From NCBI RefSeq assembly GCF_009914755.1, contig NC_060932.1: 64,000 bases of DNA. One strand, 5' to 3'. Position 1 is the first letter of the stretch. Each line of letters starts with the position of its first letter. Source of the DNA: the human T2T-CHM13v2.0 reference genome, Homo sapiens. This document shows, piece after piece, positions 14,801 through 27,483 of this stretch. The translations under genes and the position numbers were made by a program. The notes under the pieces are model-generated. The model did not search any database, was not told the DNA's origin, and saw nothing but the letters and a program-made list of their open reading frames with translations.

Positions 14801-17800
14801 CAGAAGCTCCCAGGGCTGTCCCACGCGGGCTGTAAAGCCCAAGACTTTGGAGCAGGCTGCCTCTGTCTTTCGCGGAAGGCCCACACAAGCAAGAATGGGG
14901 CTGCAGGATGGCGTGAGCGGGTCTCAGGGACTCAGGGAGACCTTGAGGCAGGAAGAGGGGAGAAGCAGTGAGACCACTGGGAAGGCTGGGAGCCTCCCAA
15001 AGAGGCCTCTCCCATCCTAGAAGCAACCAGGGCTGTCCCAGCTGGGCTGTAAAGCCCCAGGCTTTGCAGCAGTGTGCCAGTGTCTCTCCCAGAAGGCCCC
15101 CACAAGCAAAAAAGAGGCTGCAAGGTGGCGTGGTTGGGGCGCAGTTACTCAGGGGGACGTTAATGCAGGAAAAAGGGGGAAGCATCGAGACCACAGGGAA
15201 TGCTTGTAGCCTCCCAAGTGTGCCTCTTCCATCTCAGAAATCCCCATGGCTGGCTTTGGCTGGCTGTAAAACTCCAGGGTTTGGAGCAAGGTGCCTCTGC
15301 CTGTCACTGAAGGCCCCCGCAAGCGAAATCATGTCTTCAGGGTGGCTAGGGTCGGTCGCAGGTACTCAGGGGGACATTGAGGCTGGCAGACGGGAGAAGT
15401 GGTGAGACCGCAGGGAATGCTGGGAGCTTCCCAAGGACACCTCTCCTATCCCAGAAGCCCCCAAGGCTGCCCCGGGCTGGCTGTAAAGCCCCAGGCTTTG
15501 GATCAGGATGCCTGTGTCTCTCAAGGAAAGCCCCCAAAAGTGTAAACGGAGGCACAGAATAGCGTGGGAGGGCCACAGAGACTCAGGGGGACATTGAGGC
15601 AGGCAGAGGGGAGAAGTCACGAGGCTGCAGGTAATGCTGGGAGCCTTCCACAAAGGAGTCTTGATTCCCAGAAGCCCCCAGGGCTACCCCGGGCGGGCTG
15701 TAAAACCCCAGGATTTGGAGCAAGTTGCTGTGTCTCTCACAGATGCCCCCCACAAGCAAAAACGGGGCCTCAGGGTAGCGAGTGCAGCCGCAGGGACTCA
15801 GGGGGACATTGAGGTAGGCAGAGGGGTTAAGCGGCGAGATGGCAGGGAATGCTGGGATCCTCCCAAAAAGTCCTCTCCCATGCCAGGAGCCCCAAAGGCT
15901 GTCCTGGGTGGGATGTTGATCCAAAGTCTTTGAAGCAGGGTGCCTGTGACACTAGTGGAAGGCCCCTAGAAGCGAAAGTGGGGATGCAGGGTGGTGTGTC
16001 AGAAATTCATGGGGACGGTGTTGTAGGCAGAAAGGAGAAGCAGCAATATTACAGGGAATGCTGGGAGCCTCCAAAGGAGGCCCTCCCATCTGAGAAGCCT
16101 ACGGCTGTCCCGGGTGGGCTGTAAAGCTCCAGGCTTTGGAGCAGAGTGCCTGTGTCTCTCATGGAAGTCCCCATAAGTGAAAACGGGGACACTGAATGGC
16201 CATGGGAGGGCCGAGTAGGGTGCCTGTGTCTCTTCCGGAAGTCCTCCACAAGCGAAAACGGGGCCACAGCATGGCATGGGCGGGCGGCAGGGACTCAGAG
16301 AGATGTCTATGCAGGCAGAGGGAAGAAGCCGCGAGACCGCAAGGAATGCAGGGAGTCTCCCAACAAGGCCTCTCCCACTGCAGAAGACCCAAGGGCTGTC
16401 CCAAGCAGGCTGTAAAGCTGCAGGTTTTGGAACGGAATGCCTGTGTCTCTCGCAGACGTCCCCAAAAGCGAAAACAGGGCCACAGGGTGGCGTGGTTGGG
16501 CCACAGGGACTCATGGGGACATTGAGGAGGGCAGAGGGGAGAAGTGGCCAGACCACAGGGAAGGCTGGGAGCCTCCCAAGGAGGCCTCTCATGTCCCAGA
16601 AGCCCCAGGGCAGTCCTGGACAAGCTGTAAAGCATCAAGCTTTGGAGCAGGGTGCCTGTGTCTCCCAAGGTAGGCCCCTACAAGCGAAAACGGGGCTGCA
16701 GGGTGGTGGTGGACAGGCCGAAGCGACTCAGGTTGTTGAGGCAGGCAGAGGGAAGAAGCGGCGAGACCGCAGGGAATGCTGGGAGCTTCCCAAGGAGGCC
16801 TTTCCCATCCTTGAAGCCCACAGGGCTGTCCTGTGCAGGCTGTAATGCCTCAGGCTTTGGAGCAGGTTGCTTGTGTCTCTCGAGGAAGGCCCCCATAATT
16901 GAAACTGGAGCTGCAAGGTGGTGTGGTTGGACCACAGGTACTCAGGGGGACACTGAGGCAGGCAAAGGGGAGAAGTGACAAGACCACAGGGAATGCCGGG
17001 AGCCTCCCAAGTGTGTCTCTTCCATCCCAGAATCCCCCATGGCTGGCTTCGGCGGGTTGCAAAGCCCCAGGGTTTGGAGCAGAATGCCTGTGTCTGTCGC
17101 TAAAGCTGCACACAAGTGAAAACAGGGCTGCAGGGTGGCGAGGGCGGGTCACAGAGACTCAGGGGGACATTGAGGTAGACAGAGGGGAGAAGCGGTGAGA
17201 TCGCAGGGAATACTCAGAGCCTCCCAAAGAGGCCTCTCCCATCCCAGAAGCCCCCAGGGCTGACCCGGGCAGGCTGTAAAGTCCCAGTCTTTCTCTAGGG
17301 TGACTGTCTCTCCCAGAAGGGCCCCACAAGCGAAAGCAGGGCACAGAGTAGTGTGGGCGGGTGGCAGGGACTCAGGGAGACATTGATGCAGCCAGAGGGG
17401 AGAAATGGTGAGACCACAGGGAATGCTGGGAGCCTCCCAAGGTGGCCTTTCCTACTCCAGAAACCCTGAGGTCTGTCTCTGGTGGGCTTCAAAGCCTCAG
17501 GCGTTGGAGCAAGATGGTGCCTGTGCCTCTCCCAGAAGGCCCCCACAAGCAAAAACGGGGCCGCAGGGTGGCGTGGTTGGGCCACAGGGACTCATTGGGA
17601 CCTTGAGGCAGGCAGAGGGGAGAGGTGGCCAGATGGCAGGGAAGGCTAGGGGCCTCTCAAGCAGGCCCCTCCCATCCCAGGAGCCTCTAAGTGTGTCCCG
17701 GGTGCACTGTAGAGCCCAAGACTTTGGAGCGTGGTGCCTGTGTCTCTTCCGGAAAGTCCCAACAAGCGAAAAAGGAGCCTCAGGGCGGTGTGGGCGGGCA

Positions 17801-20800
17801 CCAGGGACTCAGAGAGACGTTGATGCAGGCAGAGGGCAGAAGCAGAGAGACTGCAGGGAAGCCTGGGAGCCTCCTAAGGATGCCTCTCCCATCCCAGAAA
17901 CTTTCAGAGCTTTCTCAGGCGGGCATAAAGCCCCATGTGTTGAAGCAGAGTGCCTATGTCTCTCATGGGAGGTCCCCACAAGTGAAAACGGGGAACCAGG
18001 GTGGCATGGGCAAGATGCAGGGATTCAGGAAGACATCAAGACAGGCAGTGGTGAGAAGCGGCGAGACCGCATGGAATGCTGGAAGCTTCCTAACAATGCC
18101 TCTCCCATCCTAGAAGTTCCCAGGTCTTTCCTGAATGGACTGAAAAGCCCCAGGCTTTGGAGCAAGGTGCCTGTGTCTCTCGTGGAAGGCCCCCAAAGCA
18201 AAAACCGGGCAGCAGGGTGGCTTGGTTGGGCCACAGGGACTCATGGGGATGTTGAGGCAGGCAGAGGGGAGAAGTGGCTAGACTGCAGGAAATGCTGGGA
18301 GCCCCCCAAAAGGCCTCTTTATCCCAGAAGCCCATAGGGTTCTCCCGTGGGTGCTGTAAAGCCCCAGGTTTTGGAGCAGAGTGGCTGTGTCTCTCGTGGA
18401 AGGCCCCCACAAGTGAAAACGGGGCAGCAGGTTGGCATGGGCGGGCCCCAGGAACTCAGGGAAAGGTTGAGGCTGGCAGAGGGGAAAGCGGCGATACCGC
18501 AGGGAATGCTGGGAGCCTCCCAAAGAGGACTCTGCCCTCCCAGAAGCCCACAGAGCTGTTCTGGGCAGGATGTATAGGCCCATGCTTTGGAGAAGAGTGT
18601 CTGTATCTTTTGCAGATGTTCCCCACAAGCAAAAATGGGGCTGCCAGATGGCATGGGTGGGTTGCAGGGACTCAGAGGGACGTTAATGCTGGCAGAGGGG
18701 AGAAGCGGTCAGACTGCAGGAAACACTGGGAGCCTCCCAAGAAGGCCTCTTCCATCCCAGAGGCTCTCAGGTCTGTCCCGGGCGGGCTGTAAATCCCCAG
18801 GCTTTGGAGCAGGGTGTCTTGGTCTTTAGTGGAAGGCCCCCACAAGCAAAAACAGGGCCGCAAAGTGGCGTGGGCAGGCAGCAGGGATTCAGGGAGATGT
18901 TGAGGCAGGCAGAAGGGAGAAGTGGTGATACCACAGGGAATGCTGAGAACTCCAAAAAAGGCGTCTCCCATCCCAGAAACCCAGAGGTCGTTCCCGGGTG
19001 TGCTGTAAAGCCCCAGATTCTAGAGTACAGTGCCTGTGTTTCTCGCAGAAGGCGCCCACAAGAAAAAACGGGGCTGCAGGGTGGCGTGAGTGGGACCCAG
19101 GGGCTCAGGGGGATGTTGAGGCAGACAGAGGGGAGAAGCAGCAAGACTGCAGGGAATGCTGGCAGCCTCCCAACGAGTCCTCTCCTACCCCAGAAGCCCC
19201 CAGGGCTGTCCCAGGTGGGCTGTAAAGCCCCAGGTGTTGAAGCAGTGTGACTGCGCCTCTTGCGGGAGGCCCCCTGTAGAGAAAATTGGGGGGCAAAGTG
19301 GCATTGGGGGGCACCAGAAACTCAGAAGGACATTGAGGCAGGCAGAGGGGAGAACTGGTGAAACCACAGGTAATGCTGGGATTTTCACAAGGATGCCTCT
19401 CCCATGTGAGAAGCCCCAAGGGCTGTCCTGCGCAGGTTGTAAAGCCCAAGGCTTTGGAGTAGGGTGTTTTTGTCCTTCTCAGAAGGCTCTTAGAAGCAAA
19501 AATTCGGCCACAGGATGGCGTGAGCAGGTCTCAGGGACTCACAAGGACCTTGAGGCAGGCAGAGGGGAGAAGCAATGGGACAGCAGGAAATGCTGAGAGG
19601 CTCCCAAGGATGCCTCTTCCATCCCAGAAGCCACATGGTTGTCCAAGGCGGGCTGTAAAGCCCCAGGCTTTTGAGCAGGGAAACTGTGTCTCTCACCAAG
19701 GCACCCCCAAGTGAAAATGGGGATTCTGGGTGGCGTGAGCGCACCGCTGGGACTCAGGGGAACGTTCAGACAGGCAGAAGGGGGAAGTGGCGAAACCGCA
19801 TTAAATGCTACGAGCCTCCCAAGGAGGCTTCTCCCATCCCAGAAGCTGCCAGGGCTGTCCAAGGCAGGCTGTCAAGCCCTAGGCTTTGGAGCACGGTGCA
19901 TGTGTCTCTCGCAAAATACCCCCTCAAGTGAAAACGGGCCACAAAGTGGCGTGGGAGGGCAGCAGGAACTCAGACATTGAGGCAGGCAGAGCAGAGAGGC
20001 TGTGAGACCGCAGGGAATACTGGGAGCCTCCGAAGGACTCCTCTCCCATCCCAGAATCTTCCAGGCCTGTGTCTTGTGGGTTGTAATGCCCCAGGTTTTG
20101 AAGCAGGGTGCCTGTGTCTCTCACAGAAGGCCTCCACAAGTGTAAACGTGGTGGCAGGTTGGCGTGAGAGGGCTGCAGGGACTCAGAGGGAAGTTGAGGC
20201 ATGCAGAGGACAGAAGCAGCGAGACCACAGGGAATGCTGGGAGCCTCCCTAAAATGCCTCTCTTAACCCAGAAGCCCAAGGGCTGTCCTGGATGCGCTGT
20301 AAAGCCTCAGGCTTTGGAGCAGGGTGCTCGCGGAAAGCACTCAAAAGCGAAAACGGGGCTGCAGTTTGGTGTGGTTGGGTGTCAGGGACTCAGTGGGACT
20401 TTGAGGCAGGTAGAGGGGAGAAGCACCGAGATTGCAGGAAATGCTGGGAGCCTACCAAGGATGCTTCTTCCATCCCCAAAGCCCCCTTATCTATCCAGGC
20501 ATATTGTAAAGCCCACAGCTTTAATGCAGCCTGCCTGTGTCTCTCACAGAAGTCACTCACAAGCGAAAACCGGGCCACAGAATGGCGTAGGGGGAGGGGG
20601 CCGCAGGGACTCAGGCGGACACTGAAGCAGGCAGAGGGAAGAAGTGGCGAGACTGCAGGGAGTGTTGGGAGCCTGCCAAGGTGGCCTCTCAGGTTCCAGG
20701 AGGCCCCAGGTTTGTCGCGTGCTGGCTGTAAAGTTTCAGGCTTTGGAACATGGTGCCTGTATCTCGCGTTAGGCCCCCACGAGTGAAAACGGGGCTGCAG

Positions 20801-21937
20801 GTTGTTGTGTGTGGGTTGCAATGACTCAGGGGGACATTGACTCGGGCAGAGGGGAGAATCATCGAGATCACAGGGAATGCTGGGGTCTTACCAAAGGGGC
20901 CTCTCTCACCCCAGGAGCTCCCAGAACTGTCCCAGGCAGGATGGAAAGCCCCAGTCTTTGGAGCAGGGTGCCTGTATCTTTTGCAAACAGCCCTCAAAGG
21001 CAAAAACAGCGTCATAGAGTGGCGTTGGCGGGCCGCAGAAACTCAGGAGAACGTTGAGGCAGGCAGAGGGGTGAAGTAGGAGACTGCAGGGAATGCTGGG
21101 AGCCTCCCAACAATGTCTTTCCCATCCCAGAAGCCCCCAGGGCTGTCCCAGGAGGGCTGTAAAGAACCAGACTTTGGAGAAGAGTGCCTGTGTCTCTCAC
21201 GGAAGGCCCCCACAAGTGAAAACAAACTGCAGGGTGGTGGGGGTGGGCCACAGGTACTCAGGGGGACGTCAAGGCAGGTAGAGGGAAAAGCAGAGAGACT
21301 GCAGGGAATGCTGGGAGCCTCCCAAGGACACCTCTCCTATCCCAGAAGCCCCCAGGTCTGTCCAGGGTGGATTGGAAAGCCCGACGCTGTAAAGCAGGGT
21401 GCCTGTATCTCTCATTGAAAGCCCTCACAATCAAAAATGGGGCTGCAGGGTTGCGAGGGTGGGCCATGGGGACTCAGGGGGACATTGAGGCAGGCAGATG
21501 GGAGAAGCGGTGAGACCGCAGGGAGTACTTGAAGCCTCCCAAAGAGGCCTCTCTTATCCCAGAAACTTCAAGGTGTGTCCTGGATGGGCTATAACTCCCC
21601 AGGCATTGGAGCATGATGACTATGTCTCACAGAAGGCCCCAAAAGCAAAAACAGGGCAGCAGAATGGTGTGGTTAGGCCACAGGGACCCATGGGGACTTT
21701 GAGGCAGGCAGAGGGGAGATGCGGCCAGACCACCAGGAATGCTGGGAGCCCCCCAAGGAGGCCTCTCCCATCCCAGAAGCCCCCAGGGCTGTCCTGGGCA
21801 GGCTGTAAACCCCCAGACTTTGGAGAAGGTTGACTGTCTCTCCCGAGGAAGGCCCCCCAAGCAAAAACGAGGCCACATGGCTGTATGGGCCGGCTCAAGG
21901 TACTATGGGCATCGCTAAGACAGGCAGAGGGGAGAAG
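5852..21937 (+). repeat. Gamma satellite (GSAT) array 1, ~217-bp monomer, ~74 copies
   Basis: Tandem GC-rich unit 'ttgaggcaggcagaggggagaagcggcgagaccgcagggaatgctgggagcctcccaaggaggcctctcccatcccagaagcccccagggctgtcccgggcgggctgtaaagccccaggctttggagcagggtgcctgtgtctctcgcggaaggcccccacaagcgaaaacggggccgcagggtggcgtgggcgggccgcagggactcagggggacg'. Spacing is 217/218/217 at 6140, 6357, 6575, 6792. Matches my recollection of the GSAT consensus. Confidence 0.93.
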
Positions 21938-24900
21938 GTTTTCAACCTGCTGAATCAAAAGAAAATTTTAACTTTTGAGCTGAATCCACACATCACAAAA
22001 CAGATTCACACATAGATTCTTTCTACTTTTGATCGCAGGATATTCAGTTTTTCACTACAGGCCTCAGTGCACTCTGAATTGTCCTTCACAGATTCTACAA
22101 AAAGAGTGTTTCCAAACTTCTGAATTAAGAGAAAACTTTATCTCTGTGAGCTGAATTTACACATCACAAAGCAGTTTCACAGATAGCTTCTTACTGGTTT
22201 TTATCACAGGATATTTGGTTTTTCACTGTTGTCCTAAAAGCCCTCTGAAATTTCCTTTCATAAGTCCTGGAAAAGAGGGTTTCCCAACAGCTGAATCAAA
22301 AGTAAGGTTTCACTCTATGAACTGAACACCCGCATTGCAAAGCACTTTCACAGATAGCTTCTTTTTAGTTGATATGGGATATTCTTGTTTTCACTATTAG
22401 TCACAATGTGCTCCAAAACGTCCCTTAGCAGATTATACAATAATAGTGTTTCCAACCTCCTGAATAAATAGAAAGCTAACTCTGTGAAATAAATCCACAC
22501 TTCACAAAGCAGTTTCACAGATAGCTTATTTCTAATTTTTATCATGGGATATTCTGCTTTTCACTATAGGCCTCAAAGCACTCAGAAATGTCCCTCCACA
22601 GATTCTAAAAAAAAAAAAGTGTTTCCAAAAGGGTGACTAAAATTAAGGTTTAACTCTGTTAGCTGAATCCGCATATCACTGAACAGTTTCACAGACAGGT
22701 TATCTCTAGTTTTTGTCACAGAATATTCAGTTTTTTACTACAGGCCTCACTGTGCTCCAGAATGTCCATTGCAGATTCTACAAAAAGATTGTTTACAAAC
22801 TGCTGAATCATAAGAAAGATTTAACTCTGGGCTGAATCCACACATCCCAAAGCAGTTTCCCAGACAGCTTCTTTCTTGTTTTTATAGCAGGATATTTGGT
22901 ATTTTACTATTGGCCTCAAAGTGCTCCAAAATGTCTTCACAGATTCTACAAAAAGAGTGTTTTCAAACAGCTGAATCAAAAGTAAGGTTTAACTATGTGA
23001 GCTGAATCCACATATCACTAAGCAGGTTCACAGATAGCTTCTCTCTTGTTTTTATCACTGGATATTCAGTTTTACACTATAGGCCTCAATGCGCTTTGAA
23101 ATGTCTATTGGCAGATTTTACAAAAAGAGTGTTTCCAACCTGCTGAATCAAAAGAAAGGTTTACATCTGTGAGCTGCATCCATGATCACAAAGCAGATTC
23201 ACAGACAGCTTCTTTCTAGTTTTTATCAAGGGATATTCGGTATTTTACTATAGGCCTCAAAGCGCTGTGAAATGTCCCTTCGCAGATTCAAAAAAAAAGA
23301 ATGTTTCCAAACAGCTGAATCAAAAGTAAGGTTTAAGTCTCTGAGCTGAATGCACACATCACAGAGCAGTTTTGCAGATAGCTTTATTCTAGGTTTTATC
23401 ACGGGATATTTGGTTTTTCAATATATGCCTCATTGTGCTCTGAAATGTCCCTTCACAGATTCTACAAAAAGAATATTTCCAGCCTTCTGAATCAAAAGAA
23501 AAGTTTAACTTTGTTAGCTGAATTCACACATCACAAAGCAGTTTCACAGGTAGCTTCTTTCTAGTTTTAATCACGGAATATTCTGTTTTTCACTGTAGGC
23601 CTCACTGAGCTCCAAAATGGCCCTTCTCTGATACTACAAAAAGAGTGTTTCCAAACTCCCGAATTATAGGAAACATTTAACTCTGTGAGCTGAATCCACA
23701 CATTCTAAAGTAGTTCCCCAGATAGCTTCTTTCTAGTTTTTACCCTGGGATATTTGTTTTTTTTACTATAAGCCTCAAAGCGATCCAAAATGTCCCTTTG
23801 CAGATACTACAAAAAGATTGTTTCCAAACAGATGAATAAAAAGTAAGGTTTAACTCTGTGAGCTGAATCCACATATCACTAAGCAGTTTCACAGATAGCT
23901 TCTTTCCAGTTTTTATCATGGGATGTTTGGTTTTACACTATAGGCCTCAAAGCACTCTGAAATGTCTACTGGCAGTTTTTACAAACAAAGTGTTTCCAAC
24001 CTGCTTAATGAAAAGAAAGGATTAACTCTGTGCTTAATCCACACATCACAAAGCAGCCTCAGAGATAGCTTCTTTTGAGTTTTTAACATGGGATATTTGG
24101 TATTTTACTATAGGCCTAAAAGCGCTCCAAAATGTCCCCTCACAGATTCTACAAAAAGAGTGTTTCCAAACAGCTGAATCAAAAGTAAGATTTAACTCTG
24201 TGAGCTGAATCTACATATCACTAAGCAGTTTAACAGATAGCTTGTTTCTAGTTTTTATTGTGGGATTTTCAGTTTTTCACTAGCCTCAATGTGCTCCAAA
24301 ATGTCTTCTTGCAGATTCTACAAAACGAGGGTTTCCAAATTGCTGAGTCAAAAGTAAGATTTAACTCTGTGAGCTGAAAACATACTTCACAAAACATACA
24401 GTTTTTACTGTGGGTCTCAAAGAGCTCCAAAATGTCCTTTCACAGATTCTACAAAAAAAAAGTGTTCCCAAATTGCTGACTTAAAATAAAGATTTAACTC
24501 TATGAGCTGAATCCACACATCACAAAGCAATTTCACAGAAACCTTTCTGTGGTAAAAACCATAGGATGTTCGATATTTCACTATAGGACTCAAAGCACTT
24601 CATCATGTCCCTTCACAGCTTCTTTCTTGTTTTTATCGTGGGATATTCATTTTTTCACTATAGGCTTCAAAGTGCTCCTAAATGTCCCTTTGCAGATTTT
24701 ATACAAAAAGTGTTTCCAAACTGCTGAATCAAAAGAAAGGTTTAACTCTGTGAGCTGAATACACACATAATGAACAGTTTCACCCATAACTTCTTTCTAG
24801 TTTTTATCGTGGGTTATTCAGTTTTTCACTATAGGCCTAAAAGCCCTCTAAAATGTCTTTCGGCAGATTGTTCAAACAAAGTGTTTCCAAACTGCTGATT

Positions 24901-27450
24901 GAAAAGTATGGTTTAACTCTCTGAGCTGAATACACACATCACAAAGCAGTTTTCCAGATAGCTTCTCTCTACTTTTTATTTCAGGATATTCATTTTTTTC
25001 TGTAGGCCACAAAGCAATCTGACATGTCCCTTCACAGATTCCACCAAAAGACTGTTTCCAAACAGGTGAATCAAAAGTAAGGTTTAACTCTGTGAGCTGA
25101 ATCCACATATCACTAAGCAGTTTCACAGATAGCTTCTCACTAGTTTTTTTCCCGGGATATTCGGTTTGTCAGGACAGGCCTTAATGCAGTCTGAAATGTC
25201 TATTGACAGATTCTACAAATACAGTCTTTCCAAACTGCTGAATGTAAAGAATTATTTAATTTGGTTACCTGAATCTACATATTACAAAGCTGTTTCACAG
25301 ATAGCTTTCTTCTCATTTTTGTCACAGTATATTCAGTTTTTCACTACAGGCTTCAATGCACTCCAAAATGTCTCTTCACAGACTCTACAAAAAAGTGTTT
25401 CCAAGCCACTGAATCAAAAGAAAGGTTTAACTCTGTGAGCTGAATGCACACTTCACAAAGCAGTTTTTAGGTTGCTTCTTTGTCGTTTTTACCATGGGAT
25501 ATTCGGGTTTTTACTATGGGCCTCAAAGAGCTCCAAAATGTCCTTTCACAGATTCTACAAAAAAAGTGTTTCCAAATTGCTGAGTTAAAATAAAGATTTA
25601 ACTCTATGAGCTGAATCCACACATCCCAAAGCAGTTTCACAGAAATCTTTCTAGTTTTTACCATAGGATGTTCGATATTTCACTATAGGACTCAAAGCAC
25701 TTCATAATGTCCCTTCACAGATCCTACAAAAAGAGTGTTTCCAAATTTCTGAATCAATATAAACGTTTAACTCTGTGAGCTGAATCTACACATCACAAAG
25801 CAGTTTCACAGGTAGCTTCTTTCTAGTTTATATCACAGGATATTCGATTTTTCACTATAGGCCACAGAGCGATCCAAAATATCCCTTCACAAATTCCACA
25901 AAAAGATTGTTTCCAAACAGGTGAATTAAAAGTAAGGTTTAACTCTGTGAGCTGAATCCACATATCATTTAGCAGTTTCACAGAGAGCTTGTCTCTAGTT
26001 TTGATTTTTCACTATAGGCCTCAAAGCGATCCGAAATGTCCCTTCACAGATTCTACAAATACAGTGTTTCCAAACTCCTGAATCTAAAGTAAGGTTTAAC
26101 TCTGTGAGCTGATTACATACATTACAAAGCAATTTCACAGAGAGCTTCTTTGTAGTTTTTCATATGGGATAATTTGTTTTTCACTATTAACCTCAAAGCA
26201 CTCTGAAATGTCCCTTCACAGATTCTACAAAAAGAGTGTTTCCAAACAGCTGAATCAAAAGAAAAATTTAACTCTGTGAGCTGAATCAAGATAACAAACA
26301 GTTTCACAGGTGTCTTCTTTCTAGTTTTACAGAAGGATAATTGTTTTTTTGCTATAGGCCTCAGTTGGCTCTGAAATGTCCCTTGGCAGATTCTACAAAA
26401 AGATTGTTTCCAAACAGGTGAATCAAAAGTAAGGTTTAACTCTGTGAGCTGAATTCATGTATCACTTAGCAGTTTCACAGGGAGATTTTCTCTAGTTTTT
26501 ATTGCAGGGTTTTCTGTTTTTCACTATAGGCCTCAATGCGCTATAAAATGTCCATTGGCAGATTCTACAAAAAGAGTGTTTCCAACCTGCTGAATCAAAA
26601 GAAAGTTTTAACTGTAAGCTGAATCCACACATCACAAAGCAATTTCACAGATAGCATCTTTCTAGTTTTTATCAAGGGATAATCGGGTTTTTACTGTAGG
26701 CTTCAAAGCGATCTGGAATGTGTCTTCGTAAAGTCTACAAAAAGAGTATTTCCAACATTGTGAATAAATAGTAAGGTTTAATGCTGAGAGCTGAATCCAC
26801 ACATAACACAGCAGTTTAACAGATGTCTTCTTTCTGTTTTTTATCATTGGGTATTAAGTTTTCCACTCTAGGCCTCAGTGGGCTCTGAAATGTCCCTTTG
26901 CAGATTGTACAGAGAAAGTATTTTCAACCTGGTGAATGAAAACATAGGTTTAACTCCAAGAACTGAATGTACACATCAAAAAACATTTTCATAGATAGCT
27001 TCTTTCTAGTTTTTATCACGAAATATTTGATTTTTCACTATAGGCCACAGTGTGCTCTGAAATGTGTCTTTGCAAAGTCTACAAAAAGAGTGTTTCCAAC
27101 CTGCTGAATAAATAATAAGGGTTAATGCTAGGAGCTGAATCCACATATCACACAGCAGTTTAACAGATGTCTTCTTTCTAGTTTTTATCACTGGATATTC
27201 AGTTTTTTACTATAGGCCTCAGTGGGCTCCAAAATGCCTCTTTGCAGATTCTACAATGAGAATGTGTACAACCTGCTGAATCAAAACATAGGTTTAGCTC
27301 TGTGAACTGAAAATACACATCACAAAGCAGGTTCACAGATAGCTTCTTTCTAGTTTCTATCAACAGATATTCAGCTTTTCACTATAGGCATCAGTGTGCT
27401 CTGAAATATCACTTCACAGATTCTACAAAAAGAGCATTTCCAACCTCCTG

Positions 27451-27483
<33 letters not shown>

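Noticed and set aside
27454-27481. Poly(A) as a 5'-truncated retrotransposon insertion
   Set aside because: No TSD or element body is visible and it lies on an A-rich monomer segment, so slippage is the simpler explanation.
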